64,000 nt of DNA from Alphaproteobacteria bacterium (GCA_963667705.1 OY763937.1:703069-767068), one strand, 5' to 3'. Positions 35,663 through 56,823 are shown, numbered from the stretch's first letter. Translations and numbers: made by a program. The notes: generated by a model not told the origin, from the letters alone.

Positions 35663-36838
35663 TCACATGGGTGCCGCGGGCGGCCTTTGCCACTCGGCCA
35701 GCACGTCCGCGTCCCGCTCGGCGGGTGCGTGGCGGGCGCGGAGCGCGTCGTGCTCGCCGGGCGGCGCGAGGCGCTGCGAGGCCCAGACCGCCATGGCCCG
35801 CACCAGGGGCGAGGGGTCGCCGAGCAGCCGCCGGGCCGCCGGCAGGACTGCCGCATCCCCGCAATTGCCGATGGCGATCAGCACGTTGCGGACGAAGCGG
35901 TCGCGCCCGATGCGCTTGATGGGGCTTCCCGAGAAGATCGCCCTGAAGGAGCGATCTTCCAGGTCCGCGAGGTCGGCGAGCCGGGGCGCGGTCAGCTCGG
36001 CGCGCGGCAGGAAGGCAAGCTCCCGGGTGCGGCGGGCGAACTTGTTCCAGGGACACACCGCGAGGCAGTCGTCGCAGCCGTAGATCCGGTTGCCCATGGC
36101 GGCGCGGAACCCGGCCGGGATGTGGCCCTTGTGCTCGATGGTGAGGTACGAGATGCAGCGCCTCGCATCGAGCCTGTAGGGGGCGGGGAAGGCGTCTGTC
36201 GGGCAGACGTCGAGGCAGCGGCGGCAGGCGCCGCAGTGGTCCGCCTCCGGCTCGTCGGGCGCGAGCTCGAGGGTCGTGAAGAGTTCGCCGAGGAAGAGCC
36301 ACGAGCCGTGGCGGCGGGAGACCAGGTTGGTGTGCTTGCCCTGCCAGCCGAGGCCGGCGCGGGCCGCCAGCGGCTTCTCCATCACCGGCGCCGTGTCCAC
36401 GAAGAGCTTCACCTCGGCGCCGAAGGTCTCCACGACATGGCGCGCAAGGCGCCGGAGCCTGCCCTTCAGCACGCTGTGGTAGTCGCGCCCCTGGGCGTAG
36501 GCCGAGACGATGCCCCGCGAAGGCTCCCGCAGCAGCCGCAGCGGGTCGTGCGCGGGCCCGTAGTCGAGGCCGACCACCACGACGCTCCGCGCCGCCGGCC
36601 AGAGCGCGCGCGGGGCGCTGCGCCGCGCCGCCGTGCGCGGCATCCATTCCATGTCCCCGGCGTAGCCCAGGCGGACGAACTCCCGCAGCGCCGCCGCGTC
36701 CGCCGGCGCATCCGCCGCGCTCGCCACGCCCGCCGCCTGGAAGCCGAGCGCGCGGGCCTCGGCGAGGATGACGGCGCGCGCGTCGGCAGGACCGACCGCC
36801 GCGGCCGCCCGCCCGGCGCCCTCAGCCCCGTTCCGCAC
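35663..36838 (-). CDS. queG: tRNA epoxyqueuosine(34) reductase
   Basis: It has two 4Fe-4S motifs ([16 protein letters not shown]; [15 protein letters not shown]), [10 protein letters not shown], and a C-terminal HEAT-like region. Confidence 0.9.
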   Translation of the reverse strand: MRNGAEGAGRAAAAVGPADARAVILAEARALGFQAAGVASAADAPADAAALREFVRLGYAGDMEWMPRTAARRSAPRALWPAARSVVVVGLDYGPAHDPLRLLREPSRGIVSAYAQGRDYHSVLKGRLRRLARHVVETFGAEVKLFVDTAPVMEKPLAARAGLGWQGKHTNLVSRRHGSWLFLGELFTTLELAPDEPEADHCGACRRCLDVCPTDAFPAPYRLDARRCISYLTIEHKGHIPAGFRAAMGNRIYGCDDCLAVCPWNKFARRTRELAFLPRAELTAPRLADLADLEDRSFRAIFSGSPIKRIGRDRFVRNVLIAIGNCGDAAVLPAARRLLGDPSPLVRAMAVWASQRLAPPGEHDALRARHAPAERDADVLAEWQRPPAAPM

Positions 36839-37319
36839 CGTCGATCAGCATGTCGAGCGCGGTCTCCACGGTCGCGCGCCGCACCGCGCCGCGATCGCCG
36901 GGGTAGACCACGCGCCTGTGGGCGACCGTCCCGTCCCGCCCGGCGCAGGCGTGGTGCACCAGGCCCACGGGCTTCGTCTCCGTCGCCCCGCCCGGCCCCG
37001 CGATCCCGGTCACCGAGACGGCGAGGTCGGCGGCGGAGCGGGCGAGCGCACCGGACGCCATCGCCCGCGCCACCTCCTCGCTCACCGCGCCCACGCGCAC
37101 GAGCAGCTCGTCGGGCACGCCCAGCAGCTCGCGCTTGGCCTCGTTGGCGTAGGTCACGAAGCCCCGGTCCACCACGTCGGAGGAGCCGGCGATCTCGGTG
37201 AGACAGGCGGCGATCAGGCCGCCGGTGCAGGATTCCGCCGTGGCGACCCGCAGGCCCCGGTCCCGGCAGAGCGCGAGCAGGTGCTCCGCCCGCGCGATGG
37301 TTTCCGGCGGGAAGGTCAC
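36822..37319 (-). CDS. CinA C-terminal domain protein / nicotinamide-nucleotide amidohydrolase PncC-like
   Basis: [13 protein letters not shown] and [11 protein letters not shown] are present. The GTG start at 37319 overlaps the pgpA stop as GTGA. Confidence 0.85.
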   Translation of the reverse strand: MTFPPETIARAEHLLALCRDRGLRVATAESCTGGLIAACLTEIAGSSDVVDRGFVTYANEAKRELLGVPDELLVRVGAVSEEVARAMASGALARSAADLAVSVTGIAGPGGATETKPVGLVHHACAGRDGTVAHRRVVYPGDRGAVRRATVETALDMLIDGAERG

Positions 37320-37801
37320 AGCCACACCCACACGTTCCAGAGCACCACCGCGGCGAAGATACCCGCGACCACGTCGTCCAGCATGACGCCGAGGCCGCCC
37401 TTCACGTGGCGGTCCACGAGGCGGATCGGCCAGGGTTTCAGCACGTCGAAGAGGCGGAAGAGCACGAAGCCGATGCCGTAGGCGGCGGGGTCCGGCGGTA
37501 TCAGCAGGAGCGCGATCCACTGGCCCGCCACCTCGTCGATCACGATGGCGGGCGAGTCCCGGGTGCCCGAGCGCCGCTCGCAGGCGCCCGCCGCCCAGAC
37601 GCCGACGCAAAGCACGGCGAGGGTGGCGGCGGCGAAGCCGATCGGGCCCGCGTGGCTCTGCAGCAGCCACGCCGCGGGAAGCGCCAGCGCGGATGCCGCC
37701 GTGCCCGGCGCCCAGCGCACCAGGCCGGCGCCGAAGCAGGTCGCGACCAGGGTCGCCGGATGGCGGAGGTCGAGGCGGGCGGCCCCCGCGTCAGCCGTCA
37801 T
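37316..37801 (-). CDS. pgpA: Phosphatidylglycerophosphatase A
   Basis: The FGAGLVRWAPGTAASALALP and VIDEVAGQW motifs are present. Length is 161 aa. Confidence 0.9.
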   Translation of the reverse strand: MTADAGAARLDLRHPATLVATCFGAGLVRWAPGTAASALALPAAWLLQSHAGPIGFAAATLAVLCVGVWAAGACERRSGTRDSPAIVIDEVAGQWIALLLIPPDPAAYGIGFVLFRLFDVLKPWPIRLVDRHVKGGLGVMLDDVVAGIFAAVVLWNVWVWL

Positions 37802-39020
37802 CGCCCTGCGCCGCCGGCAGGCGCACCGTGGCCACCGCCTGCGCGGCGATGCCCTCGCCCCGCCCGGTGAAGCCGAGGCGCTCCGTCGTGGTGGCCTTGA
37901 GGCCGATGCGGGCCGGATCGAGGCCGAGGACGGCGGCCAGCCGCGCCATCATGGCCGGCCGGTGCGGGCCGATCCGGGGCCGCTCGCAGATCAGCGTGAC
38001 ATCCACGTGGCAGAGCCGCCCGCCGCGCGCCGCCAGCAGCTCCAGCGCGTGAGCCACGAAGCGCTCGGAGTCGGTGCCGCGCCAGGCCTCGTCGGTGGGC
38101 GGGAAGTGAGTGCCGATGTCGCCCGCGGCGATGGCGCCGAGCACCGCATCGACGATGGCGTGAAGGCCCACGTCGCCGTCGGAATGGCCGATCACGCCCT
38201 GCTCGTGCGGCACCCTCACGCCGCACAGCATGAGGTGGTCGCCGGGGCCGAAGCGATGCACGTCGAAGCCCATGCCGACGCGGGTCTCGAACGCGGCCGC
38301 TGCGGCGACCGCGGCGAGACCGCCCTCCTGCGCCGCCAGGATGCGCTCGGCGCGGGCGAAGTCGCGCTCGGTGGTGATCTTCAGGTTGTCCTCGTCGCCG
38401 GCGGTCAGCGCGACGGCGAGGCCGGCATGCTCGGCCACCGCGGCGTCGTCGGTGAGCGCTCCGCCGGCGGCGGCGCGGTGGGCGGCGAGGATCGCCGGGT
38501 AGCGGAACCCCTGCGGCGTCTGGGCGCGCCACAGGCCCTCGCGCGCCACCGAGCCTGCCATCACGTCGCTCTCCGGCGCGGCACGCTTGAGGCTGTCGCT
38601 CACCGCGATCGCGGCCACGGCGCCGTCGTGCGCGCCGAGCGCGTCCAGCGTGCCGTCGATCACGGCAGGGGCCACCAGCGGGCGGGCGCCGTCGTGGATC
38701 AGCACCAGGTCGGGCGCTGCCCCTGCCAGGCTCTCCAGGCCCTTCAGCACCGATTCCTGCCGCGTGGCGCCGCCGGCGACCGGGTCGAGCAGCTTGCCGG
38801 CCGCAGCGCCGGCGCTTGCCGCCACCGCGTCGTCGTAGAGCGGCCGGTCATCGGGGTCGATCACCACGCGCACCCGGTCGATGCGCGGGTGCTGCGCGAA
38901 GCGCCCGACGCTGTGGCCGAGCACCGCGCGCCCCGCGAGCGGGCGGTACTGCTTGGGCAGCGGCCCGCCGACCCGGCGGCCGCGCCCGGCGGCGACGATC
39001 AGGGCGGCGGCGCTGGCCAT
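37791..39020 (-). CDS. ispDF: Bifunctional IspD/IspF (MEP cytidylyltransferase / MEcPP synthase)
   Basis: IVAAGRGRRVGG marks the IspD part. GMGFDVHRF and HSDGDVGLHA mark the IspF part. ATG 39020 was chosen because the track ORF extension runs into the tRNA gene. Confidence 0.95.
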   Translation of the reverse strand: MASAAALIVAAGRGRRVGGPLPKQYRPLAGRAVLGHSVGRFAQHPRIDRVRVVIDPDDRPLYDDAVAASAGAAAGKLLDPVAGGATRQESVLKGLESLAGAAPDLVLIHDGARPLVAPAVIDGTLDALGAHDGAVAAIAVSDSLKRAAPESDVMAGSVAREGLWRAQTPQGFRYPAILAAHRAAAGGALTDDAAVAEHAGLAVALTAGDEDNLKITTERDFARAERILAAQEGGLAAVAAAAAFETRVGMGFDVHRFGPGDHLMLCGVRVPHEQGVIGHSDGDVGLHAIVDAVLGAIAAGDIGTHFPPTDEAWRGTDSERFVAHALELLAARGGRLCHVDVTLICERPRIGPHRPAMMARLAAVLGLDPARIGLKATTTERLGFTGRGEGIAAQAVATVRLPAAQGDDG

Positions 39021-39057
39021 GCCCGCCCTATACCCCAGCGCTCGCCTGGGCCGGGTC

Positions 39058-39132
39058 GGTGCCGGCGGCAGGACTCGAACCCGCAACCCCTTGATTACAA
39101 ATCAAGTGCTCTACCGGTTGAGCTACGCCGGC
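39058..39132 (-). tRNA. tRNA-Thr (anticodon UGU)
   Basis: The minus strand reads GCCGGCGTAGCTCAACCGGTAGAGCACTTGATTTGTAATCAAGGGGTTGCGGGTTCGAGTCCTGCCGCCGGCACC. It forms a cloverleaf with a 7-bp acceptor stem and the anticodon loop TTTGTAA. Confidence 0.9.
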
Positions 39133-39223
39133 CGACGATTCGCTGCGCGCGTACACGCTCACGGCAGGCCTGCCTTCAAGCGCGGCCCGCCCGCCGTGTC
39201 AAGCGCCCCGTGCGCGTGCGCGC

Positions 39224-40060
39224 TCATTGCCGCGCCATCTCGTAGAGGGCAATGGCCGCGGCGTTGGAGACGTTGAGGCTCGCCATCGAGCCCGGCATGG
39301 GAATGCGCGCGGTCAGGTCGCAGCGCTCGCGGGTGAGCCGCCGCATGCCTTGGCCCTCGGCGCCCAGCACCAGCGCGAGCGGGGCCCTGGCGCTGACCGC
39401 GCCGATCGTCTCGTCGGCGTCGGGATCGAGGCCGAGGCACCAGAAGCCGAGCTCCTTCAGCACGACAAGGGTGCGCGCGATGTTGACGACCCGGGCCAGC
39501 GGCACCTGCTCCAGCGCGCCGGAGGCGGCCTTGGCCAGCGCGCCGGCGCCCTGCGGCGAATGGCGGTCCTGCACCACCACCGCGCCGACGGAGAAGGCCG
39601 CCGCCGAGCGCAGGATCGCGCCGACGTTCTGCGGGTCGGTCACCTGGTCGAGCACCACCACCGGCTGCGCCCCGCCTTCCGCCTGCGCCGCGCTGCGGCA
39701 GGCCGCCGCGAGATCGACCGCCGGCAGCGGCGCGGTCTCCAGAACGACGCCCTGGTGCACGGCGCCGTCGGGGAGCAGCGCGGCGACATCCTGGCGGGAG
39801 ACGATCTGCGGCGCCTCGAAGAGGCCGCGGGCGGCGAGCGGCAGCGCGCGGACGTCGATCCGCCCCGCAAGCTGCGACACGCCTTCCTGCGTCGCGATCA
39901 GGCGGTGGCAGCGGCGGCCCGGATTGGCGAGCGCGGCGGCCACCGCATGGGTGCCGTAGAGCCGCTCGCGCCGCGGCCGCGCGTGTGCGCGCTGCTCCTG
40001 GTGCGTGCGCCTGCGCGCGGCCGTCCGCTCGCGCGGGCGTCGAGAAGTGTTGCGTGACAT
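39224..40060 (-). CDS. rlmB: TrmH/SpoU-family RNA 2'-O-methyltransferase (RlmB-like) with an Arg-rich N-terminal extension
   Basis: DQVTDPQNVGAILRSAAAF, LVLGAEGQGMR and SLNVSNAAAIALYE are SpoU motifs. The ATG at 40060 was read from the sequence. Confidence 0.85.
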   Translation of the reverse strand: MSRNTSRRPRERTAARRRTHQEQRAHARPRRERLYGTHAVAAALANPGRRCHRLIATQEGVSQLAGRIDVRALPLAARGLFEAPQIVSRQDVAALLPDGAVHQGVVLETAPLPAVDLAAACRSAAQAEGGAQPVVVLDQVTDPQNVGAILRSAAAFSVGAVVVQDRHSPQGAGALAKAASGALEQVPLARVVNIARTLVVLKELGFWCLGLDPDADETIGAVSARAPLALVLGAEGQGMRRLTRERCDLTARIPMPGSMASLNVSNAAAIALYEMARQ

Positions 40061-40192
40061 GTCGCAGCCTATTATAAGACTTCCATCCCTTTTGCGAGAC
40101 GCCCTGGAACACGGGCCGCCCGGCGCGTGCAGCGACGCTGCGCCACGGCGGAAATCGGGTTTGCGGGCCGTCGAGGAGGGCTCGTTTGGGCG

Positions 40193-40220
40193 TTGACAAT
40201 CGGCTTCTGATGTCCATAGT
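40193..40220 (+). promoter_or_regulatory. Candidate sigma70 promoter for the tRNA-Tyr/tRNA-Gly/tuf unit (TTGACA-N16-CATAGT)
   Basis: A perfect -35 lies at 40193-40198, and a -10-like hexamer at 40215-40220. The promoter sits about 38 nt upstream of tRNA-Tyr. Confidence 0.45.
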
Positions 40221-40257
40221 GCGCCCTTCCGAGTCCCGGGCGCGTCCACCTCGGCGC

Positions 40258-40343
40258 GGAGGGGTGGCCGAGTGGTTAAAGGCAGCAGACTGTAAATCTG
40301 CCGACGTATGTCTACGTAGGTTCGAATCCTACCCCCTCCACCA
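40258..40343 (+). tRNA. tRNA-Tyr (anticodon GUA), class II with long variable arm, CCA encoded
   Basis: Acceptor GGAGGGG/CCCCTCC, anticodon loop CTGTAAA, a long variable arm, and T-loop GGTTCGAATCC. Confidence 0.95.
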
Positions 40344-40395
40344 CACAGGCGCGTCGTCCGCACGCGGCGCGCAGGGCGTGGCGGGCGCGGGTCGG

Positions 40396-40469
40396 GCGGG
40401 TGTAGCTCAATGGCAGAGCCCCAGCCTTCCAAGCTGGTTACGTGGGTTCGATTCCCATCACCCGCTCCA
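40396..40469 (+). tRNA. tRNA-Gly (anticodon UCC), CCA encoded
   Basis: Acceptor GCGGGTG/CACCCGC, anticodon loop CTTCCAA, and T-loop GGTTCGATTCC. Confidence 0.95.
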
Positions 40470-40560
40470 GCGTTTCCGGCCGGCACCTGCGTTCGGGCGC
40501 ACGGCACCTAACTCGTCTTGAGCGGCCGCGGCGACGCGGCGGCCGTGGAAAAGGACAGCG

Positions 40561-41751
40561 ATGGCGAAGGAGAAGTTTGAGCGTACGAAGCCGCACTGCA
40601 ACGTGGGCACGATCGGCCACGTCGACCACGGCAAGACGACGCTGACGGCGGCGATCACGCGTGTTCTCGGCGAGGCGGGCGGAGCCGAGTTCGTCTCGTT
40701 CGACGAGATCGACAAGGCGCCGGAGGAGCGCGAGCGCGGGATCACGATCGCGACGGCGCACGTGGAGTACGAGACGGAAGGCCGCCACTACGCGCACGTG
40801 GACTGCCCGGGTCACGCGGACTACGTGAAGAACATGATCACGGGCGCTGCGCAGATGGACGGCGCGATCCTGGTTGTGTCTGCGGCGGACGGCCCGATGC
40901 CGCAGACGCGGGAGCACATCCTGCTCGCGCGCCAGGTGGGGGTTCCCGCGCTGGTTGTCTACATGAACAAGGTGGACATGGTGGACGACGAGGAGATCCT
41001 GGACCTTGTGGAGCTGGAGGTGCGGGAGCTGCTGTCGGCCTACGAGTTTCCGGGGGACGACATTCCGGTGATCCGTGGCTCTGCGCTTGCGGCGCTTGAG
41101 GGTGGCGATTCTGCGACGGGGCGCGATTCGGTTCTGGAACTGATGGCGGCGGTTGACGAGTACGTGCCGCAGCCCGAGCGCCCGAAGGACCAGCCCTTCC
41201 TGATGCCGATCGAGGACGTGTTCTCGATCTCGGGCCGTGGCACGGTGGTGACGGGGCGGATCGAGCGTGGCGTGGTGAAGGTTGGCGACAACGTGGGCAT
41301 CGTCGGCATCCGGGAGACGACGAAGACGGTGTGCACGGGGGTGGAGATGTTCCGCAAGCTTCTGGACCAGGGCGAGGCGGGGGACAACGTGGGCGTCCTG
41401 CTTCGTGGGACGAAGCGCGACGAGGTGGAGCGGGGCCAGGTCCTGGCGGAGCCGGACACGATCACGCCGCACACGCAGTTCGAGGCGGAGACCTACATCC
41501 TGACGAAGGACGAGGGGGGCCGTCACACGCCCTTCTTCTCGAACTACCGTCCGCAGTTCTACTTCCGGACGACGGACGTGACGGGGACGATCGAGCTGCC
41601 TTCCGGCACGGAGATGGTGATGCCGGGGGACAACGTGACGATGAAGGTCGACCTGATTGCGCCGATCGCGATGGACGAGGGCCTGCGCTTCGCCATCCGC
41701 GAGGGCGGGCGCACCGTCGGCGCCGGCGTCGTCGCAAAGATCGTCGAATAG
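40561..41751 (+). CDS. tuf: Elongation factor Tu
   Basis: [36 protein letters not shown] and NKVD are present. Length is 396 aa. Confidence 0.98.
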   Translation: MAKEKFERTKPHCNVGTIGHVDHGKTTLTAAITRVLGEAGGAEFVSFDEIDKAPEERERGITIATAHVEYETEGRHYAHVDCPGHADYVKNMITGAAQMDGAILVVSAADGPMPQTREHILLARQVGVPALVVYMNKVDMVDDEEILDLVELEVRELLSAYEFPGDDIPVIRGSALAALEGGDSATGRDSVLELMAAVDEYVPQPERPKDQPFLMPIEDVFSISGRGTVVTGRIERGVVKVGDNVGIVGIRETTKTVCTGVEMFRKLLDQGEAGDNVGVLLRGTKRDEVERGQVLAEPDTITPHTQFEAETYILTKDEGGRHTPFFSNYRPQFYFRTTDVTGTIELPSGTEMVMPGDNVTMKVDLIAPIAMDEGLRFAIREGGRTVGAGVVAKIVE

Positions 41752-41790
41752 GGCAGAGCGGGCGGCCGCGGCGCCCGGCGCAGACAGAGT

Positions 41791-41866
41791 AGGAGTGTAG
41801 CTCAATTGGTAGAGCGCCGGTCTCCAAAACCGGAGGTTGGGGGTTCGAGACCCTCCACTCCTGCCA
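41791..41866 (+). tRNA. tRNA-Trp (anticodon CCA), CCA encoded
   Basis: Acceptor AGGAGTG/CACTCCT and anticodon loop CTCCAAA. It holds the canonical position between tuf and secE. Confidence 0.95.
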
Positions 41867-41894
41867 GCCTTGCGGGCCGGGGGGCGTGCTGACC

Positions 41895-42092
41895 ATGGCC
41901 CGCACGCCGCCGCTGGAGTTTCTGCGTCAGGCGCGCCAGGAGATCGGCAAGGTCACCTGGCCCACGCGCAAGGAGACGACCATCAGCACCATCATGGTGC
42001 TGATCATGGTGATCATCATGGCGATCTTCTTCTTCCTGGTCGATCAGGTGCTCTCGCTCGGGGTGCGGGCGGTGCTGGGCCTCGGCGGATGA
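41895..42092 (+). CDS. secE: Preprotein translocase subunit SecE
   Basis: [28 protein letters not shown] followed by a single TM segment. The track ORF starts 9 nt earlier at a GTG. Confidence 0.9.
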   Translation: MARTPPLEFLRQARQEIGKVTWPTRKETTISTIMVLIMVIIMAIFFFLVDQVLSLGVRAVLGLGG

Positions 42093-42664
42093 CGGACATG
42101 ACGATGGACGCGCAGGCGGCGGAGGCGCAGGGGCCCGCACGGCGGTGGTACATCGTCCACGTCTACTCGGGCTTCGAGAAGAAGGTGGCGCAGTCGATCC
42201 GCGAGCAGGCGAGGCAGCAGGGCCTCGACCACCTGATCGCCGACGTCATGGTGCCGTCGGAGGAGGTCGTGGAGATGCGCCGCGGCGCCAAGGTCAAGTC
42301 CGAGCGCAAGTTCTTCCCCGGCTACGTGCTGGCGCACCTGAGCATGACCGACGAGACCTGGCACCTGATCAACAACACGCCGAAGGTGACCGGCTTTCTC
42401 GGCAGCGGCGGCAAGCCGGTGCCGATCAGCGACGACGAGGCGGATCGCGTGCTGAAGCAGGTCAAGGAAGGCGTCGAGCGGCCCAAGCCCTCGGTCATCT
42501 TCGAGATCGGCGAGACCGTGCGGGTCTGCGACGGCCCCTTCACCTCCTTCAGCGGGCTGGTGGAGGAGATCGACGAGGAGCGCGCGCGCCTCAAGGTCGC
42601 GGTATCGATCTTCGGCCGGGCGACCCCGGTCGAGCTGGAATACGCCCAGGTCGAGAAGGCCTGA
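42089..42664 (+). CDS. nusG: Transcription termination/antitermination factor NusG
   Basis: [14 protein letters not shown] (NGN domain) and a KOW domain ([22 protein letters not shown]). The ATG overlaps the secE stop as ATGA. Confidence 0.95.
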   Translation: MTDMTMDAQAAEAQGPARRWYIVHVYSGFEKKVAQSIREQARQQGLDHLIADVMVPSEEVVEMRRGAKVKSERKFFPGYVLAHLSMTDETWHLINNTPKVTGFLGSGGKPVPISDDEADRVLKQVKEGVERPKPSVIFEIGETVRVCDGPFTSFSGLVEEIDEERARLKVAVSIFGRATPVELEYAQVEKA

Positions 42665-42682
42665 GGGCGGGACGGGAGAGCA

Positions 42683-43114
42683 ATGGCCAAGCGAGTCACA
42701 GGGACCATCAAGCTGCAGGTGCCGGCCGGGCAGGCCAACCCGTCGCCGCCCATCGGGCCTGCGCTGGGCCAGGCCGGGCTCAACATCATGGAATTCTGCA
42801 AGACCTTCAACGCGCAGACCCAGAACCTCGAGCCCGGCATGCCGATCCCGACGGTGATCTCGGTCTACCAGGACCGCACCTTCTCGTTCGTGACCAAGAG
42901 CCCGCCGGCCAGCTACTTCCTGAAGAAGGCGGCCGGCGTGGAGAAGGGCTCCGAGACGGTGGGACGGATCGACCCCGTGGGGCAGGTGACGAGCGCGCAG
43001 GTGCGCGAGATCGCGGAAAAGAAGATGGTGGACCTCAACGCCGACGATATCGACGCCGCCTGCCGCATCATCGAGGGATCGGCGCGCTCGATCGGCATCC
43101 AGGTGGTGGGCTGA
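42683..43114 (+). CDS. rplK: 50S ribosomal protein L11
   Basis: [35 protein letters not shown]. Confidence 0.97.
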   Translation: MAKRVTGTIKLQVPAGQANPSPPIGPALGQAGLNIMEFCKTFNAQTQNLEPGMPIPTVISVYQDRTFSFVTKSPPASYFLKKAAGVEKGSETVGRIDPVGQVTSAQVREIAEKKMVDLNADDIDAACRIIEGSARSIGIQVVG

Positions 43115-43119
43115 GGGCG

Positions 43120-43830
43120 ATGGCGAAGATCGGCAAGAGGATGAGAGAGGCCAAGGGGCGGATCGACCGCGACCGAGCTTACGCGCTCGGCGAGGCGATC
43201 ACGCTGGTGAAGCAGGGCGCGAAGGCGAAGTTCGACGAGACCGTCGAGATGAGCGTCGGCCTCGGCGTCGACCCGCGCCACGCCGACCAGATGGTGCGCG
43301 GCGTCGTGGCGCTGCCCCACGGCACCGGCAAGACGGTGCGCGTCGCCGTCTTCGCCAAGGGCGACAAGGCCGACGCCGCGCGCGGCGCCGGCGCCGACGT
43401 GGTCGGTGCCGACGACCTCGCGGCGGAGGTGCAGGAGGGCAAGATCGACTTCGACCGCTGCATCGCGACGCCCGACATGATGCCCGTCGTCGGCAAGCTC
43501 GGCCGCATCCTGGGCCCGCGCGGCCTGATGCCGAACCCCAAGCTCGGCACGGTCACGGCGGACGTGGAGGACGCGGTGCGCGCCGCCAAGGGCGGACAGG
43601 TGGAGTTCCGGGTGGAGAAGGCCGGCATCGTCCATGCCGGCATCGGCAAGGCGAGCTTCGAGGAGCACGCGCTGGCCGAGAACGCGCGCGCGCTGGTGGA
43701 TGCGCTCAACCGGGCGAAGCCGAGCGGCGCCAAGGGCACCTACATGAAGCGGGCGGCGCTCAGCTCCTCCCAGGGTCCCGGCGTGAAGCTCGATGTCGCC
43801 GCCCTGCTGGCGGAGCAGGCCGCGTCGTGA
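43120..43830 (+). CDS. rplA: 50S ribosomal protein L1
   Basis: [24 protein letters not shown] and [15 protein letters not shown] are present. The ATG at 43120 was read from the sequence. Confidence 0.97.
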   Translation: MAKIGKRMREAKGRIDRDRAYALGEAITLVKQGAKAKFDETVEMSVGLGVDPRHADQMVRGVVALPHGTGKTVRVAVFAKGDKADAARGAGADVVGADDLAAEVQEGKIDFDRCIATPDMMPVVGKLGRILGPRGLMPNPKLGTVTADVEDAVRAAKGGQVEFRVEKAGIVHAGIGKASFEEHALAENARALVDALNRAKPSGAKGTYMKRAALSSSQGPGVKLDVAALLAEQAAS

Positions 43831-43881
43831 TGCAGCGCCGGCTCCAGCAATTCATGACCGCCCCTTAGGCCGGAGGACGTC

Positions 43882-44421
43882 GTGGAACGGCTCAGGAAGG
43901 AAGAGATCGTCGAAGCGCTGCACGCGATCTTCGAGAACACCAATCTCGTGGTCGTGACGCAGTTCAGCGGGCTCTCGGTGGCGGAGGCCTCCGACCTGCG
44001 CCGCCAGATGCGCGCGGCCGGCGCCACCTTTCGGGTGACGAAGAACCGGCTGGCGAAGCGCGCGGCAGAGGGCACGCCCTGCGCCGCGATCTCGGAGCTC
44101 TTCACCGGCTCCAGCGCGATCGCGTACTCGGACGATCCGGTGGCCGCGGCCAAGGTCGCGGTGGCCTACGCCAAGACCAACGAGAAGCTGATCATCGTCG
44201 GCGGTGCCCTCGGCGGCACGGCGCTGGATCGGGGCGAGGTCCGCTCGCTTGCCGAGCTGCCCTCGCTCGATGTCCTGCGCGCCCGGCTGATCGGCCTGCT
44301 GAACGCGCCGGCGACCAAGATCGCCGCCGTCCTGAACGCGCCGGCCAGCCAGCTCGCGCGCGTCCTCAACGCCTATGCGGAACAAGGAGACAGCGCCAGC
44401 GGAAGCGCACCGACCGACTGA
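43882..44421 (+). CDS. rplJ: 50S ribosomal protein L10
   Basis: [31 protein letters not shown] is present. The GTG start is preceded by GGAGGA. Confidence 0.95.
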   Translation: MERLRKEEIVEALHAIFENTNLVVVTQFSGLSVAEASDLRRQMRAAGATFRVTKNRLAKRAAEGTPCAAISELFTGSSAIAYSDDPVAAAKVAVAYAKTNEKLIIVGGALGGTALDRGEVRSLAELPSLDVLRARLIGLLNAPATKIAAVLNAPASQLARVLNAYAEQGDSASGSAPTD

Positions 44422-44468
44422 CCAGAGACCCAACGCACAGCACGACTAGCCCCCAGGAGACCCATGAC

Positions 44469-44846
44469 ATGGCTGATCTGGCCAAGATTGCAGACGAGCT
44501 TTCGACCCTGACGGTGATCGAGGCCTCGGAGCTGAGCAAGATGCTCGAGGAGAAGTGGGGGGTCTCTGCGGCCGCCCCCGTCGCCGTCGCGGCTGCGCCC
44601 GGCGCGGCGCCCGCGGCCGAGGAGGCCGAGGAGCAGACCGAGTTCACCGTCGTCCTTGCCTCCTTCGGCGAGAAGAAGATCAACGTGATCAAGGAGGTCC
44701 GCGCGATCACCGGCCTCGGCCTCAAGGAGGCCAAGGCGCTGGTCGAGGACGCGCCGAAGCCGGTCAAGGAAGACGTGTCCAGGGACGACGCGGACAAGAT
44801 CAAGGAGCAGCTCGAAGCTGCAGGCGCGACCGTCGAGGTCAAGTAG
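44469..44846 (+). CDS. rplL: 50S ribosomal protein L7/L12
   Basis: It has an Ala/Pro hinge, and the sequence ends [24 protein letters not shown]...[11 protein letters not shown]. Confidence 0.97.
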   Translation: MADLAKIADELSTLTVIEASELSKMLEEKWGVSAAAPVAVAAAPGAAPAAEEAEEQTEFTVVLASFGEKKINVIKEVRAITGLGLKEAKALVEDAPKPVKEDVSRDDADKIKEQLEAAGATVEVK

Positions 44847-44881
44847 AGACGATTGGCCTTCGCCGGTGCGCAACCCGGCAG

Positions 44882-44903
44882 GGGGCCGGAGGGCACCGGC
44901 CCC
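44882..44903 (+). promoter_or_regulatory. Stem-loop in the rplL-rpoB spacer (candidate attenuator)
   Basis: The sequence is ggggccgg-agggca-ccggcccc, a perfect 8-bp stem. A second imperfect hairpin lies at about 44932-44975. A partial terminator at this spacer is known from E. coli. No U-tract is present here. Confidence 0.3.
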
Positions 44904-45038
44904 GCCGGCGCGTCGCGGCGCAGGCGGACACGCACGGCCGCGGCCGCAGGGCGTGTGCCGCCGCACCGCATGAACGACTAACCCACCGCTGGCCGGGGCG
45001 TGCGCGCCGCGGCCACGGTCGAGAGTCCGAGGGGTAAC

Positions 45039-49352
<4,314 letters not shown>

Positions 49353-49378
49353 CGCGGCGCCGTCCCGGCCCCCGGTAA

Positions 49379-53620
<4,242 letters not shown>

Positions 53621-53718
53621 GCCGGCGCCGGGAAAGGGGCCGTGAGGCGGCGCCTGCCGCGCCTTTGCGCCGCGGGGGCCTTCGCCGCCCTCGCGTCCGC
53701 CCCGGCACCGGCGCCAGT

Positions 53719-53920
53719 GTCCTGATCGAGAAGTTCGCTCGATTTCGGGTTGGCTGCGCTGCTCCCCTGTCCGGCGAATTACCCTCGTCATGCCCGGACT
53801 TGTTCCGGGCATCTCGCTCGGCCAGACTCGTTGAATTCCAAGCAAAAACGTGGATGGCTGGGACAAGCCCGGCCATGACGTTGGGGGGGCGCATACGCAT
53901 ACGAACTTCTCGATCAGGAC
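53719..53920. repeat. MITE-like element with perfect 19-bp terminal inverted repeats enclosing family A copy 3 (53786..53880)
   Basis: gtcctgatcgagaagttcg at 53719-53737 is the exact reverse complement of cgaacttctcgatcaggac at 53902-53920. GCCAG occurs just outside both ends (offset by 1 nt on the left). There is no coding capacity. Confidence 0.65.
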
Positions 53921-53931
53921 GCCAGCGCAGT

Positions 53932-54188
53932 ATCCGATCTTACGGGGCCACAACGTTCCGCGCGCTCCCCATCTCCCCCTGTTCCCCGACTCTTTCATAT
54001 CCCTCAGGCGCCGGGCGCTCGCTCCGCTCGCTTGGCTACGCGCTTTGCGCGCGGCGCAGTCGCGCCGTCCGGACCGCATCGTGCGCTCCGCGCGCGTGGG
54101 CGCGCGACGCGGTCCGGCGCTACTCTCCCTCTCCTCCCCGCCGGGGAGGAGAGGGCCGGGGTGAGGTGGGGGCATCCGGGCCGCACTG
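53932..54188. repeat. Family B repeat, copy 2, split by a nested inverted family C copy (~53987..54075) and lacking the right terminal repeat
   Basis: The left part, atccgatcttacggggccacaacg...ctccccatctccccctgttcccc, matches 14260-14312. The right part, ctactctccctctcctccccgccggggaggagagggccggggtgaggtgggggcatccgggccgc, is identical to 14352-14416. Confidence 0.55.
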
Positions 54189-54319
54189 CGTGCAAGAGGA
54201 GGAACGTGCGGCAGCCGGGTGCGACCGCGTCCGGTCGGATGTTGCTCCAGCAGCCGCTGCGTCCTCCTGTCCGCTCCCGAGTGGGGCCGCCCGTACCCGG
54301 TATGGTCCATACAGGAGCT

Positions 54320-54349
54320 TTGACTCCCCCCTTAACAGAAGAATATAAG
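54320..54349 (+). promoter_or_regulatory. Candidate sigma70 promoter for ftsK (TTGACT-N18-TATAAG)
   Basis: It lies in an AT-richer patch about 57 nt upstream of the GTG at 54406. An overlapping alternative is TTAACA-N18-TAAACT. Confidence 0.35.
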
Positions 54350-54405
54350 TCCCTGTAAACTGGTGCTATGTCCGAGTCGCCACGAGACGCACACCGGGGC
54401 CGCAG

Positions 54406-56823
<2,418 letters not shown>

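Noticed and set aside
39020-39086. N-terminal extension of the ispDF ORF (track start 39086)
   Set aside because: The extension overlaps the tRNA-Thr gene (39058-39132) on the same strand. The internal ATG at 39020 gives the canonical IspD N-terminus, MASAAALIVAAGRG.
39058-40469. tRNA-flanked segment as a possible integration hotspot or genomic islet
   Set aside because: The only gene between tRNA-Thr and tRNA-Tyr is a housekeeping SpoU/RlmB methyltransferase. There is no integrase, no direct repeat of a tRNA 3' end, and no compositional shift.
43831-43881. Classical long L10 (rplJ) autoregulatory leader
   Set aside because: The rplA-rplJ spacer is only 51 nt. That is too short for the E. 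coli-type L10 leader structure, and nothing beyond an RBS could be supported.
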